Shown here piece by piece: positions 10,601 through 21,069 of a DNA stretch of 35,217 nucleotides. The DNA comes from Atractiella rhizophila. Its lineage: Eukaryota. How positions within the stretch are numbered: the first letter of the stretch is position 1; each line of letters starts with the position of its first letter. The position numbers were made by a program, and so were the translations under genes. The notes under the pieces were generated by a model. The model worked only from the letters and a program-made list of their open reading frames with translations, searched no databases and was not told the DNA's origin. The stretch lies in contig MU271300.1 of NCBI GenBank assembly GCA_021432655.1, positions 47,651-82,867 of the forward strand, read 5' to 3'.

Positions 10601-13574
10601 TGATCTCTATCAGCTTTATCTTGGGGGTGCTCCAAAGCTCTACTATGTTCGAGGACCACTTTACCGCCAACCTCAAGGACCGCCGCCTCCCCCAAAACGG
10701 TACCCGCTTAACCTGTACCAAATCTATACGCCTCAGTTCCCTCGACTTTTCCTCATTCGCGGTCCCCTTGTTAAAATCCCCGACGTTGCCTACATGAAGG
10801 TGCATGCTTCTGACATCCGATACCCTCTAAACCTCTATTCCATCTATCCTGCTCCTTTCCCCACCCTCTTCAACGTTCGTGGACCTCGTATTGTACCCGT
10901 TCCGCCTGCACCACCAGTGAAGGATCGCCTTCCTTATCCCAGGAATTTGGACAACCTGTACCCTTCAGGCTACCCTAATTTCAAGCTCTACCCGAAACCT
11001 CGCGAGATCGACTTGCCTTTTGACATCAAACAGAAGCAATTCTTTGAACGATACCCTCTCAATCTCTATTTGACGTACCCACCAGTTCGACCGTCGCTGT
11101 ATCCCTTCACTGGACCAATCATTAAGGTGCCGGATGTACGGTACATGAATGTCATCAATTCTGGGACAAGGTATCCGTTGGATCTGTATCAGCTATACGT
11201 GGGATCTTCTCCAAAACTCTACTTCGTTCGAGGGCCCCTCTATTGCCAACCAAAGGGACCGCCCGCACCTCCAAAACGGTACCCACTCAACTTGTACCAA
11301 ATTTATGAACCCCAGTTTCCTCGACTGTTCCTCATTCGCGGCCCATTAGTCCAAATACCCGACATCTCCTACACCAAAGTCCATGCGGCCGATGTTCGTT
11401 ACCCTCTTAATTTGTATTCTATCTATCCCGCTCCATTCCCAACGCTCTTCAACGTTCGGGGACCACTTGTTGTACCCGTTCCCCCGGCAAAACCTGTCAA
11501 GGAGAAACTTCCTTACCCAAGGAATCTCTACAACCTTTATCCTGCCGGATACCCCAACTTCAAGCTTTACCCCAGTGGAGTAGTAATCAACTTACCTTTC
11601 GACATGAAACAAAAGCAGTTTTTCGAACGGTATCCTCTCAATCTCTACCTGACGTATCCGCCTGTGCGACCTTCGCTGTACCCCTTCACCGGACCGATCA
11701 TCAAAGTGCCTGATGTGCGATACATGCAAGTTGCAAATGTTCATGTTCGGTACCCCGTTAATCTGTATCAGCTTTACCCCGGATCGTCTATCTTTTTCAA
11801 TATTCGAGGCGCTCTCTACCCCCCAGTCGGCACCAGAATATCGACAGAAGCTGTTCCTGAATCTGCTGCGGAGAACGAAGAGTTGGAAATGGAGCCTCCT
11901 TCCCCGACCCGCCTCCCTTCTGCCGATCTAGCGGGCAGATTAGCGGGAAGTATCCCACCAACAGCAGTTCTAGACGGACACTTCCAAATTCCCGAGAAGC
12001 AATATCCTCAATACGAAGGTGCGCGGAAGGAGAATGACATGGAAGATCGCAAGTACAAGTGGAAGATGGTGGAAGCTGATGGGGAGGTAAAGCAAGTACC
12101 ATTAGCCATTCACTCGCTCGACACTCCAGATAGGGAGGCGGCAATGGAGCAGGAGCAGCGGAAGAATATGACGAAGATAATGGTAGATGACGGGGAAGGC
12201 ACAAATAGGCAGCTAGTCCTCAGTCCCGATGAGCCACGACCCCCCGTCCAACGTCCATTAAGCTCCAACAATCCCTATGCCAAGATGGTAGATGCTCCCC
12301 TGGAATCGGGGCATGTTCCAGAACCTCTGCGAGTGGAGATTGACGACAATCGAAATCCGTTTGACGATGACGCCGGACCGACAAGTGGAGTGGAAGAAAT
12401 CTCCTTTTCTCCGGTATGAAACTCTCCGTCTTCTCTAAAGTTTTTAATAAGTTACTAACTCCTCTCCTCAGCCCGGCACACCTGAAATCCCTTACAGTCA
12501 ATCACCTGATACCATTTCTGACGGTGTTTTAAGCGCCAACGATCCGCGTTTCCAGATGGGTCTCATGCAAACGTCGAACGGTCATCTTGACGTCGGCCCA
12601 TACGGTGCCAGCTCTAACGGGTTAACTTCCCCAAGATCACCAGGAGCCGATTCTGATGTTTCTCAATACGCCACGGTTTACCCAAGATCGGAAGAAGGTA
12701 TCACAGCTTCATCTGCAGAACTACCTCCTTTCGGGGATTACCCAGATCCAGTTGTCTTCTCTTTCAATCAACAAGATGAGCTCTCCGAAGCCCTCGCAGA
12801 ATTCGTGCTCGAAGCTCAAAATCAGTCCATCCGTCTGCGTGGGCGCTTCACAGTGGCCCTTTCCGGTGGCTCGTTACCCAAGCTGATGACTCCCGGACTG
12901 ATCGAGAATCCTCGAGTACAATGGGACAAATGGATTATCTTCTTTGCAGACGAACGCCTCGTTCCCCTAGATCATCCCGACTCCAACTACAAATCTTGGA
13001 TGGATCAACTTCTGGCTCACGTTCCTCTTGACGATTGGCAAATTCGCAACATCAGGCCTTACGACGAGCTGGAGACCAAACCGGGAGACGTTGCAGAGCA
13101 AGTTACTGAAGCTTATGAGGCTTCCCTCACCGAGGTGTTTGGAACCATGGAAAAGGCACCTGTTTTTGATCTAGTGCTTTTGGGGATGGGCGAGGATGGG
13201 CACACTGTGAGTTTCCCAATCAGGAATGAAAATTGGGGGCTAATGGCTTTATGAAGGCATCGCTTTTCCCTGGTCACCCCCTCCTTAAAGAGCAGGAATG
13301 GTTCGTCGTTTGGATTGGAGATTCTCCCAAGCCTCCGTCTTATCGCATCACCTTCACATATCCAATGATCAACAGTGCAAGACGAATAGCTTTTGTAGCC
13401 ACAGGTTCCGGAAAACAGGCTGCTCTCCGTGATGTGCTCGAGAATGATGAATCTCAGTTACCAGCGGCGATGGTTAGGTTGAGAAATCATCCTATCGTTT
13501 GGTTCGTAGACGAAGCCGCCAGCCAAGGGACGAACTACACGCTTTCTGCTTTTTGGGACGAAGAAGATCAGTGA
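7665..13574 (+). CDS. Giant (~1,891 aa) fusion protein: disordered Ser/Pro N-terminus + uncharacterised domain + Tyr/Pro repeat array + C-terminal 6-phosphogluconolactonase domain. Exons 7665-8822, 8884-9247, 9313-12413, 12472-13206, 13257-13574
   Basis: Four GT-AG introns all preserve frame (phases 0,1,0,0) and give one open frame of 5676 nt; intron 3 has a clear ACTAAC branch point and CAG acceptor. The 6PGL domain reads FTVALSGGSLP, DERLVPLDHPDSNY, FDLVLLGMGEDGH|TASLFPGH, DSPKPPSYRITFT, ATGSGK. The start codon is uncertain because the frame is open upstream to 7479. Confidence 0.8.
8391..8450 (+). repeat. 18-nt coding tandem repeat encoding (RSGSLS)3RS
   Basis: cgatcgggctctctctca cgctcgggctccctttct cgctctggctccctctcc cgctcg: codons differ, peptide identical. 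Confidence 0.85.
10356..11825 (+). repeat. Coding higher-order tandem repeat: 579-nt (193-aa) unit x ~2.5, each made of five 36-40 aa monomers starting YP[RLV][ND]L[YD]
   Basis: YPRNL starts at 10356, 10935 and 11514 (exact 579-nt spacing); monomer lengths 39+40+36+40+38=193 aa; 13 monomers in total, the last truncated. Confidence 0.97.
12740..13574 (+). other. 6-phosphogluconolactonase (SOL/DevB, glucosamine-isomerase fold) domain within the fusion gene
   Basis: Family motifs SGGS, DER..P..H..SNY, LLGMGEDGHTASLFP, PKPP..RIT and ATG..K are all present. Confidence 0.95.
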
Positions 13575-14029
13575 TCTAGGAAATGTTCTTGACTTGCATG
13601 ATGTTTGACGTTTGTACGCTTGATCACGCCTTCTGCTAAGTTAGACGTATTCGATTCTCTTTCACGTACCACTTTATCACTTTGACAAAAGTTTAACGAG
13701 TATATTGGAATGTAATTTTTTCGTCACAGCCACTGCCAATAAGTACCTTGAGGGTTGTGATCTTAAGGAAAGTCAACTTGATGTTTGAGAGTACCCTGAC
13801 CGGTTGTTTACTTTGGCAACACTTTCAACTGGAGGCAACCCGTAACTAGTTATAGCCTGACCTCCGACTCCTCACTCCCTCGGCACTCGAGGATTAATGT
13901 ATCCCCAATAAAGATCAACTTGTGAGAATACAAACACGTGGACTGAGAACAGGGTGAAAGAAGCTCATCCACCTTGCCAGTGGCATCAGTGATAGTTGGC
14001 GAAACCTGGGGGAAAAGGTCTAGAAGGTA

Positions 14030-16273
14030 CTAAAGACGAAATGGAAACGGGTCTTCTCCTCTTGCTTCGCACTCCCGGATATGCTTCCTCATGTCGATGG
14101 AAATTGCGATAGCTGTTCTCTTGATGGTGTTCCACTCCCTTCGCTTCGTCCTTTCGATCTCCAGCTCCGTCAACGAAATGTCTTTGCCTCGTGTTTGATC
14201 GCTACACATATCCGAAGCCTTGCGTTTCGTTGAAGAGGCAACCACCACGGAAATTGGAGAGTTGCCAATAAGTGTCCGAGGTTGGTGTGAATTTCTAACT
14301 TTAGACGTCATCTGTTCTCTCATCTGCTCCAGCCTCCTCTCCTCCCTTACATTAAACGCTTCGTCGCCTTCAGTATTTTCAACAAGATAACGGGTATCGT
14401 GCAGGTCTAGAGGATCAGCCACGCCATACTTGTTCAAAAACTCGTCCATCGTCTTCATGCTGGAAACATCAGATTCGAGTGCGGCGATCGCCCACTGGAC
14501 TCTTCCCGCTGCGTATTCGAGGGCTGCAATGTTCGCTCGCTTACGATAGGTTTCGATCCCTTCTTGAGCTTTCTCTTCGGCACATTCACGTCGCAAAGTC
14601 AGGTCGGCGCCAGGAGCGAGACAATCTTTGAAAAGGAGAGGAAGAGCTTCGTAGTCCATGTAGTGCAGGCGAGAGCTTATGGTATTAGGATACAGCGATG
14701 CGGGTTTGAAGAGTCTGACCAGATCTCTAAGTTCTGGAAGGGTCGAGTGCCGAGCTAACGGACAGCACTACTGAGTGGATCAGCTATCTTTCACCAGGAG
14801 TAAAGCAAACTCACCAAAGTGTCTGGCCAGGACAATCCAATCTCTCCAGATCTCCAACGCATCCTTAACTCCTCAAGTTCCTGCTTCTTCTTCTGAAACT
14901 CTTTTCTCCAGCTATCCCGTCCTCTGTCGAAGGGGGAAACGTAGACAATTCTTTCCTCATTTTCGTCCTTCGGGGCCAACTTCGTGGTTCCAGGCTCGCT
15001 CAACAGCTTTCCCTTTCTCCCCCTGCCCTTCATATCACTCACATGTTGCGCCGTGACTTCGTAGGTTCCCATTCCTTCCCCCCACACGGCGTCACACTTC
15101 CATTTCCTTTCGCAAGCATGAAAACGCGTTGATTTGCATGTACAAGGGCACGGGAATGATGGATATCCGCAGGAGCAGATTGAAGATGGCCCGGAAGCAA
15201 GATGCCGATGCGGTTTGGCACAGCAGAACTGGAGGGAAGAGAGCAAGGAGAGTGAGGGGTGGGAAGCGACAACTGAGGGTAGGTTGTAGAGGCTGTGCTT
15301 GTAAGGGTCCAGGTGGATCTAAACAAATGTCGGTAAGCTAGCTACGTCTGAAATAAAAAAAAACAGCTCAGACTTTTTCATCGAAGTGAAGGGATATGGA
15401 CGTCAAGATCTCCTCGTATCCAGGAGTCCAAGCGTTCAAGAAAAACTTGGTGTTAGGTGGATACAGTTCGATGAGGTGGACTAGATCGAGTGTTGCTTGT
15501 TCCTGTTCAGCGAATACCGTCAATCCTATTCGAGACTAATATCAAACAAATAAAACCTTTGAAACAAGCTCCTGGTTGCAGAGCACCATACTGGTGTCGA
15601 GATAGATCTTGTCCAGAGTCTTCGATCCCTTGGTGGCAAGATAACGCGCAACAACCGGATTCTTGGAAAGGTAACGGAGGAGATGAGGTTCAGCGCGGAC
15701 ATCGCCAGTATAAAGTACTGCCTTGTTCTTCCACTCGAATAAGAACATGACAGCGCCGACCATATGATTCGCGTCTATCTTCAGATATCAGTTTACGCGA
15801 TGGAGGCATGCCAGAAAAAGCAGAAAAATACAAACCTAAGAGCGTGACAAACAAGGACTCGCCGTCCAGCTCCAACTCATGTCTCCTATCCTTTTCCAGA
15901 GCCCACAGCTTCTTTCCGCCACTCCTTCCCTTCCTTTCCTTCAGATGCCCATAAAGCCTTTTCCCCTTTGTCGCTCCTTCCATCCCTTCAAACCACTTCA
16001 CGCGCTCTTGAGCAGACTTCAACTCGGGAAGCATTTCAGCCGTCTCGTGGGAGCAGAAAATTTGTCCATGGAATGCAGTGCTCTCCAGGCCAGTTAGATG
16101 GTCGCTGTGGACGTGAGAGAGAAAGAAGAAGTGGATTGGTGCAGAACTTGGCGCGATTGTGAAGTTGTCGACCTTGATTCCGGGAATTTCGCGAACTGCC
16201 CCAGTTGTGTGATGAGATATTAGGAAAGATGGTAAGAATGTAGAAACTCACTAATCCCGTCAAAAGTGGACAT
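14030..16273 (-). CDS. Metallo-beta-lactamase/beta-CASP nuclease, Artemis (DCLRE1C)/SNM1-like
   Basis: Spliced N-terminus MSTFDGI|IREIPGIKVDNF..FFLSHVHSDHLTGL (HxHxDH), DANHMVGAVMFLF, LYTGDVR, IYLDTS, FFLNAWTPGYEEIL; first intron 16196-16251; stop at 14030. Internal exon boundaries only partly resolved. Confidence 0.88.
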
Positions 16274-16360
16274 GGCAAGTGTTTGTGAGAAGAGAGAGAA
16301 GGGTATGACTATATCATTACTGGGCAAACAAAAGTGATTATGTAATGAACGACAACTACT

Positions 16361-16379
16361 ACGTTGTCTAAGACAACGT
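16361..16379. promoter_or_regulatory. Perfect inverted repeat ACGTTGTCT-A-AGACAACGT (X-box/RFX-like) ~90 bp upstream of the Artemis-like start codon
   Basis: 9-bp perfect arms seen directly; the core GTTGTC-N3-GACAAC resembles the RFX consensus GTNRCC(N0-3)RGYAAC. Regulatory role is inferred. Confidence 0.5.
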
Positions 16380-17052
16380 CGTTACCCTCCGATTGTGAGC
16401 GGAAGCTACCGCAGGATCGCGGGGTCCAGCTTGTTTATTCAGCTGTTTTGTTTGAATTGAGGGTGAATTGAGGTGCATAAACCTTCGATGCCAGGCAGTC
16501 AGACATTAGCGCAACAGCACGTATTGATGGGCTTCGAGAATGTATCCGAGTCCCTCTACACTTGAAGGAGCAAGTTATGCCCGAATACGACATTCTTCGT
16601 GACATTGCAACTTGAAGGAAATTGATGTCGAAATGAGTGAGCAGGATCTATTTTATCTCCCATTCAACTTTGTTCAGAACGGCTTCAAGTCCCTCGTGAC
16701 CCTCGTATTATTTTCATTATCAGCTTCATTTGGCAGATGCTAATCGCATGCATGAAAGCATTTTTGAAAAGTTGACCTTTACGAACAGCATCATGTATTG
16801 CTATCGTAAATCAATGTCTTGTCTCTCCCATCCCCCCACATCCAGAGCAGAAGCATTACCTCATTCATGTCACTGTGCAATCGAATTTGTCACACCCCTT
16901 CCTTGCATCTGCTAAGTGCCCGCTTTCAGCTGCTTCAAGGTTCGTAGCCTGAATGCCAAATGCAGGAGTAATGCGAAATTGTATACATTTGGAGAATGAG
17001 GGAAAGCACGGAAATAAATACAGTAATGACTTTTCATGGGGCTTCAATAGTT

Positions 17053-18070
17053 TCAATCCTTGAGCTCCATTATTTGTTTATATACCTTGATGTTCTCTTC
17101 CGCAGTTCCTCTCCACTCTGTGTTTTCTGCTATACATGCCTTCCAAGTAGGCATGTCCCTAGCAGCTGCTAGAACACTCTTGATGTCGTTATCACTGAAC
17201 CTGATAGTCGTGAAACCTGGAGCATCGGGAGGGAACGTACGAGTCAATGGTGGAATGGATGACGGGACGGAGCTGAAGGAATCAGCACTGCTGTCAACAC
17301 CGTCGCCCCTGCTGCCAGAAGCACCAAAGCTAGATGGAGGGATAGGAGGGTTTTGGTTGAGATTCCCATCGACAACAAAACCGCATTGGTAAACCCAGTC
17401 CTGATAAAGTGGATCCGCTGCGATGTTGATGTCGGGATCGACAAAAGGCCATTGACCTCTAACTCTTGCCTCGTGTATAAGGAAGATTGACACAAACGGG
17501 GCATAACGGTGTGCAGGTTGGATAGGCAGAGCCTTTCCATGGTAAGCAGCTAAACTGCTGATTCGCCCGTAATTTATTAGAACATATTTTTGGCTCTTCA
17601 TAACTATCAGCAATGCCCTGTTTGAGAGAAGTTAACTTACTTGGGGAAGAAACCGAATGAAAACTTTGTATTTATCAAACCACTGATGGTGGGTTGAGCA
17701 CAAGAGTAATCCATTTCTCGGTTCATGAATGACAGTCTTTGCGTTTGGAGGAACGTAACCGTTGTCCATTAACTCATCCCACTAATAGTCCTCCACATTA
17801 GCTTCGCCTGCCAGAAAAAAAGAAGCATACAGTATGTTCCTCTGCTTCTGGAATGATATGGGCATGCTGGAGGGCCGCAGCTATCGCCTCATCACCACAA
17901 ACCAAACAGCGACCCCGGCCACTGAAAGAATCTCTTTGATTGATACCGGTTATGAAAGCGGCGGTGTGAGAAGATGTTGTCGATGGATTTGACTGTGTTG
18001 CTGGGGCATATTGGGGTGGGGGTTGAGCTGGCAGTGGTAAGACGAATGGACTAAGGCGGATTGTAGCCAT
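17053..18070 (-). CDS. HNH endonuclease-domain protein (fungal HNH_2-like), ~307 aa; introns 17782-17830 and 17596-17640
   Basis: Spliced translation RD..GRCLVCG..LQHAHIIPEAEEHT|WDELMDNGYVP..HEPRNGLLLCSTHHQWFDKYKVFIRF: CxxC, HII, N-x4-C-x2-HH-x2-FD pattern. Both introns preserve frame. Confidence 0.8.
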
Positions 18071-18254
18071 GACACAATGGAGGGTGCGCTGCGCCGAGTT
18101 CTGAGTGCGCCAGGCAATGATAAACCAAAGTCATAGCCAACATCAACCAGAATAACAATAATATTGCGTTCTATGACTCGTAGATCCCGTATCATTAACT
18201 CGCATCAACTCAGGAAAGAATTGGAAGACGAAGAAATTCGCTATAATAGCCATC

Positions 18255-20987
18255 ATGAGCAGCCAGAACTACCAGGGAGGGTCCCACAATGACGATCCAT
18301 ACAGCAACTACGGGTATGGGGAAACGAGCGACTGGCGTGGAGGTCATAAGAGGCACTATGATGACGCGGGTGGGCACTACGGGGGAGGCTTCAAAAGAGG
18401 ACGGTATGAGGACGTGAGTTCTGCAAATACGTCCCACCTTGTCAATTGAGAGGTTGAACCGGTGTTCTCTTTTTCAAAGGATCAACCCTCATATCGAGAT
18501 CGAGGAGAGCGTGATTTTGGACGGGGTGACTTTGGGGAAGGAAGGGGTCGAGGAGGTGGGAGGGGGAGGGGAGGGTACAAAGGAAGGGGAAACCCTTCTC
18601 TTTGGATGCAGGACCAACAGGCTTTCCAGCCTGAGGGACCTTACTCCAACGACCGTTCAGATGCCAAAGGCCGTGATCGTGACCGACATGACCTCTCTCC
18701 TCCTTCTCAATCAGTCATCTTCCTCGGTCTCCCAATAACAGTCGATTCTGAGCAACTCCGACAATATCTTGAATCTCTTGGCGCGGTTGTCGACTCTACA
18801 GTCATCATTGTGGACAAGATGACGGGACTTTCGAAGAGGTTTGGTTTCGCCAAGTTTGGCAGCGTCGAGCATGCGAGAAGCTTCGTAGAGCCCAATTACC
18901 CTTTTATTAACTGGCCAGATGAACTGGGAGAGAATTGTAGGGTAAAAATTGACTACTCGCAAAGTCAGGAGAAGGGCCCGAGAGGAGTGATGGTTGGAAG
19001 TCACGGTGAAGGAGTGTTGCGACCTGTTGCGGGAACAGAGGATATTCCAGGTGCGCTATTGCTGTCTCACTCCTTATTCGAACTACAAGACGTATGCAGA
19101 GGGTGCTGTCGATCGAACGCTGCTTGTCAACGATGGGACGAGGGATATCGGCACTGCCCCCAGCCATGTTCTCCTTGTTCGTGGCCTTGATCCTCTGACT
19201 ACCGACCAAGAAATCTGCGATTCCATTCTTGGAATAACTCAACTGGAAGCCATACGGAATGGAGGCTTGAAGCAGATTCGGGTGATCAAGGACAGAATGA
19301 CGCGAGCGAGCTGGGGGTACTGTTTTCTCGTATTCACTGATGTTCAAGTCCGTATCCCTCTTCGTTTCTCTTTTACCCCTTAAAACTATTGTGGATAGCT
19401 CGCATCTCAAGTACTGGGCTTCATCCTCAATCCCCAAGCATTTCCTACAGGATTCCGAGTTCGCCAATCACCCGTCGCCGTTTCGTTTTCTCACGGCAAT
19501 TCCTTCATCCCGGTTTATGCCTACACCGATCAAGCTTTCAACTACAACGGCACGATGCTTCGCTACTGGGATGAGAAGGCCATGACGTCCATCAAGAATC
19601 TGGTAGAGGATGCAGCTCCCAAACCGAAGCCCAAACCTGCAGAGGAAGACGACGACCTTGCTGCGCTCCTCGACGAGTTGGACGATCTCCCACCTCCTCC
19701 AGCAGTTCCAGCGAAGGAGACAGAGCCATTGAGTCTCGAAATCGTCGGTGGCATCAAGAGTTCTGTTCCTATCGGACCCGAGATCCCTCTGAGCCGAATA
19801 CCTCCTCCTCCTCCATCCACGGCCGACATTCCCCCTCCTCCTCCAACCGCAGTGACGCAGCCGCCAGCCATGCAGGAACCGAAGCCGGTCGTAGAGAAGA
19901 TGCAGCCTATCAAGCTGACTGCGAAAACCACAGACCCAACAGCGACACCGAAAGGTTTGTCCTTGATTTAAGTATTTCGAGCCCTAGGCTCATGAGGTTT
20001 TTTCTAGTAGCGGAGAAGAAGGCAAAACAACCTGCAGCGGATAAAGAGCAGATGGTCGGTGCGCGCAAGGTTAGCACAGTCTGCTTGATTGTTTGAGAGC
20101 AGATAGTAACTCCTTTGGGACAGACTGCGGCAACGATCAGCAAGTGGAATACTAAGAAGCAAGAGTTGGCTTCGAAGCCAACGGGCAGTGGGAAGCCCAG
20201 TGGATCTATAGTAGTCTTCCAAGCGTCGCCCCTTCCGAGTTCTAACGTTCGTGCCTGTCACTCAGCCGACCGTTGCTCCTTCCTCCTCGAACGCTACACC
20301 CATTGGCTCCAGCTCGACTCCAACAGCCGAAGACGAATTCGAATACGCTGATACCAGCAAAATGTCCTGCCTCCTTTGCTTACGACAGTTCAAGACGCTC
20401 CCCGAGTTGAAGAAACACAACGAGCTTTCTGCTTTGCACAAGGCGCGTTCATTCCTGATGCTATGATCGTTCTAATACCATTCGCACAGACTAACTTGCA
20501 AGACGCATCCAAGGTATCTGCAGCAAAAACCCGCAAAGGGAACGTGACACCAAAAACAGAAGCTCCAAAGTACCGTGATCGTGCTTTGGAACGGCGAGAG
20601 GCTTATGGTCAGCCTGACAAACCGGAGATTGAAGCAAAGTCGTCGAAGCGACAAGAAGCCCCTCCACCGCCTCCCGTGCAACCCAATAAAGAAGGTATCG
20701 AGGAAAATAACAAGGGAAGTAAGATGCTTGAGGCGATGGGTTGGAATAAGGGACAAGGACTCGGAAGTACACAAAGCGGCAGAGTGGATCCCGTCATGGC
20801 TTATTCCCATGCTCAAGGAGTCGGTACGTCCATTGCCACTCTTTGGTTGAAGGCTTTGTTCATGGAATCGGTGCCAGGATTGGGAGCTGTTAAGCCGACG
20901 TTGGCTGGACAGTATGAAGACACTGCACGAGGGTACAGCCAGAAATCGAAGGATAAGGCGAGGGAGCGGTTTGAAAATACATCTTAA
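18255..20987 (+). CDS. RBM5/RBM10-like splicing regulator (2 RRM + C2H2 zinc finger + G-patch), multi-intron
   Basis: RRM1 SVIFLGLP..KRFGFAKF; RRM2 HVLLVRGL..SWGYCFLVF; CLLCLRQFKTLPELKKHNELSALH; KYRDRALERR; G-patch NKGSKMLEAMGWNKGQGLG; ends ARERFENTS*. Confidence 0.92.
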
Positions 20988-21069
20988 TTGACGAATCTGT
21001 TGCTATCTTTACACTGAAGCGCTATAATACATGGTATTCTCATGTTTGAATTCACAGTAACCTTGCTCT

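Noticed and set aside
10356..11825. Repeat array as a fungal RiPP or KEX2-processed peptide precursor (Tyr-rich units often preceded by R or KR)
   Set aside because: No signal peptide, a dibasic KR precedes only 2 of 13 monomers, the array is internal to a large enzyme fusion, and no DUF3328/UstYa, tyrosinase or prolyl oligopeptidase gene is visible in the window.
10356..11825. CRISPR array, satellite DNA or assembly artefact
   Set aside because: Copies differ heavily at third codon positions while the protein is conserved; there are no identical DNA repeats with unique spacers.
13572..13592. Stop-codon readthrough or cryptic peroxisomal PTS1 on the 6PGL domain (also checked for transaldolase)
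   Set aside because: Context is TGA-TCT, not TGA-CTA, and the extension (SRKCS*) is not a PTS1; the transaldolase stop is TAA with no SKL-like extension seen.
16540..17050. Possible pseudogene or transposon relic between the Artemis-like and HNH genes
   Set aside because: Only short stop-interrupted frames without recognisable motifs, terminal repeats or target-site duplications.
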